A stretch of DNA of 64,000 nucleotides, taken from the NCBI GenBank assembly GCA_045646345.1, contig JAZRKN010000011.1, forward strand, positions 1 through 64,000, read 5' to 3'. A program made the translations under genes and the position numbers. Source of the stretch: Candidatus Scatovivens sp. GTDB lineage: Bacteria; Bacillota; Clostridia; TANB77; CAG-508. Below, one piece after another: positions 61,401 through 64,000 of the stretch (position 1 is the stretch's first letter; each line of letters starts with the position of its first letter). The notes below the pieces were generated by a model. That model was not told where the DNA came from. It searched no databases and was given only the letters and a program-made list of their open reading frames with translations.

Positions 61401-64000
61401 GATGGTAGATATTATGATTTAGATAAATGTCAAGATGCATATCTGATTGTTACAACAACAGAAGAAACAAGTGCTATGGATCTTTACTTTGCAAATAGAA
61501 CAGATTTAAGTTATACAGTGAAATATCAAGACGAAGAAGGAAATTCATTATTAGCAGATAAAGTTGTTAATAATTTAATGTATTCTTCATTAGTAACAGA
61601 AGATGCTCCTGCAATAAATGGATATAATGTAGTAAATAACGAAAATAGAAAATCAATTACAATAGGAACAAATACAAATGAAATAATATTTACATATGCA
61701 AAAAGAACAGACTTAAAATATACTGTAAATTATTATTTGGAAGGTACAAATACACCTGTTACATCAGCTAAAGTTGTTACAGGTCAAACATTCCAAGCTA
61801 GTATAACAGAAAATGCAATAGATATAGACGGATATACAAAAGTAGCTCCTATAACAGATACAATAGTTCTTGGAACTGGAGAAAATGTAATAAATTTCTA
61901 CTATAACATAAGAACAGATTTGAGTTATACAGTAAAATATTTAGAACAAGGAACAAATACAGAACTTAAAACAGCAAAAACAGTAAATAATATGACATAT
62001 AAAACAACTGCAACAGAAGAAGCAGTTGATGTAGAAGGATATGATAAAGTAAATCCTTCACAAAAAACAATAACAATAGATGTAACAGGAAATGAAATTG
62101 TATTTTATTATACAAAGAGAACTGACTTAAGCTATACAGTAAGATACTTAGAACAAGGGACAAATACAGAGGTTGCGGCAGTTAAAACAGTAAATGGACA
62201 AACATTTAAAGCAATAATAACAGAACAAGCAAAAGATATATCAGGATACAACAAGGTTGCACCAACAAGTCAAACTATAACAATAGATGTAACAGGAAAT
62301 GAAATTGTATTTTATTATACAAAACGTACAGATTTAAGTTATACAGTAAAATACTTAGAACAAGGAACAAATAACGAATTATCAACAAAAACTGTAAATA
62401 ATAAAACATATCAATCAAAAGTAACAGAAGAATCTATAGATATAGCAGGATACAATAAAGTAGACCCAACAGAAAAAACAATAACAATAGATGTAACAGG
62501 AAATGAAATTGTATTCTATTATACAAAAAGAACAGATTTAAGTTATACAGTAAAATATTTAGAACAAGATTCTAATGTAGAATTAAAAGAAGAAAAAATA
62601 GTAAATGGACAAACATTTGAAGCAACAGTAACAGAAGCTGCAGTTGATGTAGAAGGATATGATAAAGTAAATCCTACAGAATCTTTAGTGATTAAAGTAA
62701 CAGGAAACGAAATTGTATTCTATTACACAAAAAGAACAGACTTAAGTTATATAGTAAAATATTTAGAACAAGATTCTAATATAGAATTAAAAGAAACAAA
62801 AACAGTTAATGGACAAACATATAAATCAATAGCAAAAGAAAACGCTATTGATATAGAAGGATACGATAAAGTAGAACCAACAGAAAAATCAGTAACAATA
62901 GAAGTATCAGGAAATGAAATAATATTCTACTATACAAAGAGAACAGATTTAAGCTATACAGTAAAATACTTAGAACAAGGTTCTAATATAGAACTTAAAG
63001 AAACAAAAGTTGTAACAGATCAAACATTTGAAATGGATGTTACAGAGAATGCAGAGGATATTTCAGGATATGACAAAGTAAACCCAACAACTCAAACAAT
63101 AACAATTAAAGTGTCAGGAAATGAGATTGTATTCTACTATACAAAGAGAACAGATTTAAGCTATACAGTAAAATACTTTGAACAAGGAACAAATGAAGTA
63201 TTAGCTGATGAAAAAGTGGTTAATGGACAAACATATAAATCAGTAGTAACAGAAAAAGCAATTGACATCTCAGGATATGATAAAGTAGACCCAACAGAAA
63301 AATCAATAACAATAGAAGTGACAGGAAATGAAATAATATTCTACTATACAAAGAGAACAGATTTAAGCTATACAATAAAATATTTAGAAGAAGGTTCAAA
63401 TGAAGTATTAGCGGATGAAAAATTGGTAAATGGACAAACATATAAATCAGTAGCAAAAGAAAACGCTATTGATATAGAAGGATATGACAAAGTAGACCCA
63501 ACAGAAAAAACAATAACAATAGAAGTAACAGGAAACGAAATAATATTCTACTATACAAAGAGAACAGATTTGAGCTATACAGTAAAATATTTAGAAGAAG
63601 GTTCAAATGAAGTATTAGCTGACGAAAAAGTTGTAAATAGTCAAACATATAAATCTGAAGTAACAGAAGAAGCGATTGACATCTCAGGATATGATAAAGT
63701 TGACCCAACAGAAAAAACAATAACAATAGAAGTAACAGGAAACGAAATTGTATTTTATTACACAAAACGTACAGACTTGAGTTATACGGTTAAATATTTA
63801 GAACAAGGAACTGATAAAGAAGTTTCTACAATCAAAACAGTAAACAATAAAACATATAAATCAGCAGCAACTGAAGAAGCTATTGATGTAGAGGGTTACA
63901 ATAAAGTAGATCCAACAGCAAAAACAATAACAATAGAAGTGACAGGAAATGAAATAGTATTCTATTATACAAAAAGAACAGATTTAAGTTATACAGTTAA
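58488..64000 (+). CDS. Very large adhesin-like protein (>1837 aa, truncated by window end) with InlB B-repeat-like and MucBP-like repeats
   Basis: GGAGG RBS, ATG 58488, signal peptide MKFNLKGKKLILLIALLIF. EEPTYSGYVFDGW and FEGWY..LVLYAKW..YTVTFNTNGG (InlB-B-like). The frame matches the repeat frame at 64000. Absent from the ORF track, as expected for a frame with no stop. Confidence 0.85.
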   Translation, partial: MKFNLKGKKLILLIALLIFLATIAIFGISSKEISFISAITKSSKDLQYYDENTVFVLFTKYLDENQSVIAATSVQTQTVDKLDYKVNIPQIDGYTPLVNELEGVLDKEGMEYLESLDYVKVVKKENIYNIYITITYDAAASAYSVVYYEQKADLSGYTEVSRENFGGTTGNYTGEVYTGDEVTITPEEKTGFILNTEKTKLNGKVEAFGKKEFGIYYDRKPYYLYTFNTGDSYYEPMIVKYGQEINLTEEPTYSGYVFDGWKYSTSMDGEKIEKPSTMPAYNIYAEAQWIRSDTHYTLSYYTQNPDDDGYTNIGTAEVAAVSGDNLKDKDQASLKTIIENGFNTARGDTAEYYYYNEEKTKTENNDFDIVVQGKGITVVPIYFDRHLYNITLDFDDDDYSTSALVTKNGETHTGSYTFQARYEQNLLKDWITANDFTTFPKSSNRTYYFKGWQADGNSTTYVSLRLNLTSTMIEDADSDRNIVYNAQYSTSSTSRQLIYLFESFDQTSAASGDTRRKYNGKFYDEASEYRQTVYTSSSMSAKEITGVTSIGQQSSNGKYYFYYNRNVLKITLYNMNNVHIEKELLYGQGMEEFVDTQLNPEDFSLETPGTKDWIFEGWYQDSNFKVPMVWTNDDGTYKTITDNLVLYAKWSAPTYTVTFNTNGGTWTETDSRYVKVDNNTYTLTVEEGESLIKPANPTKMGNVASAWNYDVNSESVEYLFSDSQKVYSDLTLDLQYTPNANIPYKVRYIEAQYKDGVLLEDVSQYTNIVDLAPAKEVYNNTFGSTVSELPLDIYDNENEDNYFVVNLRSEELTLVSEDIEDNVIYFMYAKNPIVPYTVYYVKYQEDSNGNPIRYDFGDIPSDDVLLGKKSSTVAAGYATEIANDIDGWTINGSYSQTIKLTLKASENTMYFYYNENEQGEYLINFFFMNSNGQYETTPNYTYRAEEAAGKVLYGKDFDKFTFVGGATEADYDGRYYDLDKCQDAYLIVTTTEETSAMDLYFANRTDLSYTVKYQDEEGNSLLADKVVNNLMYSSLVTEDAPAINGYNVVNNENRKSITIGTNTNEIIFTYAKRTDLKYTVNYYLEGTNTPVTSAKVVTGQTFQASITENAIDIDGYTKVAPITDTIVLGTGENVINFYYNIRTDLSYTVKYLEQGTNTELKTAKTVNNMTYKTTATEEAVDVEGYDKVNPSQKTITIDVTGNEIVFYYTKRTDLSYTVRYLEQGTNTEVAAVKTVNGQTFKAIITEQAKDISGYNKVAPTSQTITIDVTGNEIVFYYTKRTDLSYTVKYLEQGTNNELSTKTVNNKTYQSKVTEESIDIAGYNKVDPTEKTITIDVTGNEIVFYYTKRTDLSYTVKYLEQDSNVELKEEKIVNGQTFEATVTEAAVDVEGYDKVNPTESLVIKVTGNEIVFYYTKRTDLSYIVKYLEQDSNIELKETKTVNGQTYKSIAKENAIDIEGYDKVEPTEKSVTIEVSGNEIIFYYTKRTDLSYTVKYLEQGSNIELKETKVVTDQTFEMDVTENAEDISGYDKVNPTTQTITIKVSGNEIVFYYTKRTDLSYTVKYFEQGTNEVLADEKVVNGQTYKSVVTEKAIDISGYDKVDPTEKSITIEVTGNEIIFYYTKRTDLSYTIKYLEEGSNEVLADEKLVNGQTYKSVAKENAIDIEGYDKVDPTEKTITIEVTGNEIIFYYTKRTDLSYTVKYLEEGSNEVLADEKVVNSQTYKSEVTEEAIDISGYDKVDPTEKTITIEVTGNEIVFYYTKRTDLSYTVKYLEQGTDKEVSTIKTVNNKTYKSAATEEAIDVEGYNKVDPTAKTITIEVTGNEIVFYYTKRTDLSYTV
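61497..64000 (+). repeat. ~207-bp tandem repeats (69 aa; RTDLSYTVKYLEQG...GYDKV.P...I.VTGNEIVFYYTK)
   Basis: Unit starts near 61497, 61704, 61911, 62118, 62325, 62529, 62733, 62940, 63147, 63354, 63561, 63768 and 63975. Confidence 0.9.

Overview
Replication-origin region of a very AT-rich clostridial (Bacillota) chromosome. The gene content and giant PPTG/KTG-anchored surface proteins suggest an uncultured gut Clostridia lineage (inference only). Layout: gyrB(partial)-remB-recF-small membrane ORF-dnaN-oriC-dnaA on the minus strand, then rpmH-rnpA-yidD-yidC-jag-mnmE-mnmG-rsmG-parA-parB-DUF4446 on the plus strand. Next comes a ~5.9 kb extremely AT-rich non-coding tract (14330-20235) holding only two tRNA-Ser genes. 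The rest is housekeeping genes (CoA-activase fusion, hemolysin III, GerMN, trmN6, rsmI, acpS, tatD, lemA, htpX, yabE-like) interleaved with very large cell-surface proteins. The most striking unexplained structure is in the non-coding tract: a co-oriented ~25-bp motif (core GGGAAATAAAGGGTTTGA / AATTTCAATGCTTTGA) recurs about every 200-300 bp with a ~450-bp super-period, and four perfect DnaA boxes lie in the left part. One 20-bp copy matches exactly a site beside the unwinding element in oriC. This is a candidate undescribed origin-linked chromosome-organisation or replication-control array. The second highlight is an adjacent LRR-dockerin plus cohesin-LPxAG gene pair, a candidate non-cellulosomal surface-display module. 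No CRISPR, transposase, integrase or phage genes were seen.
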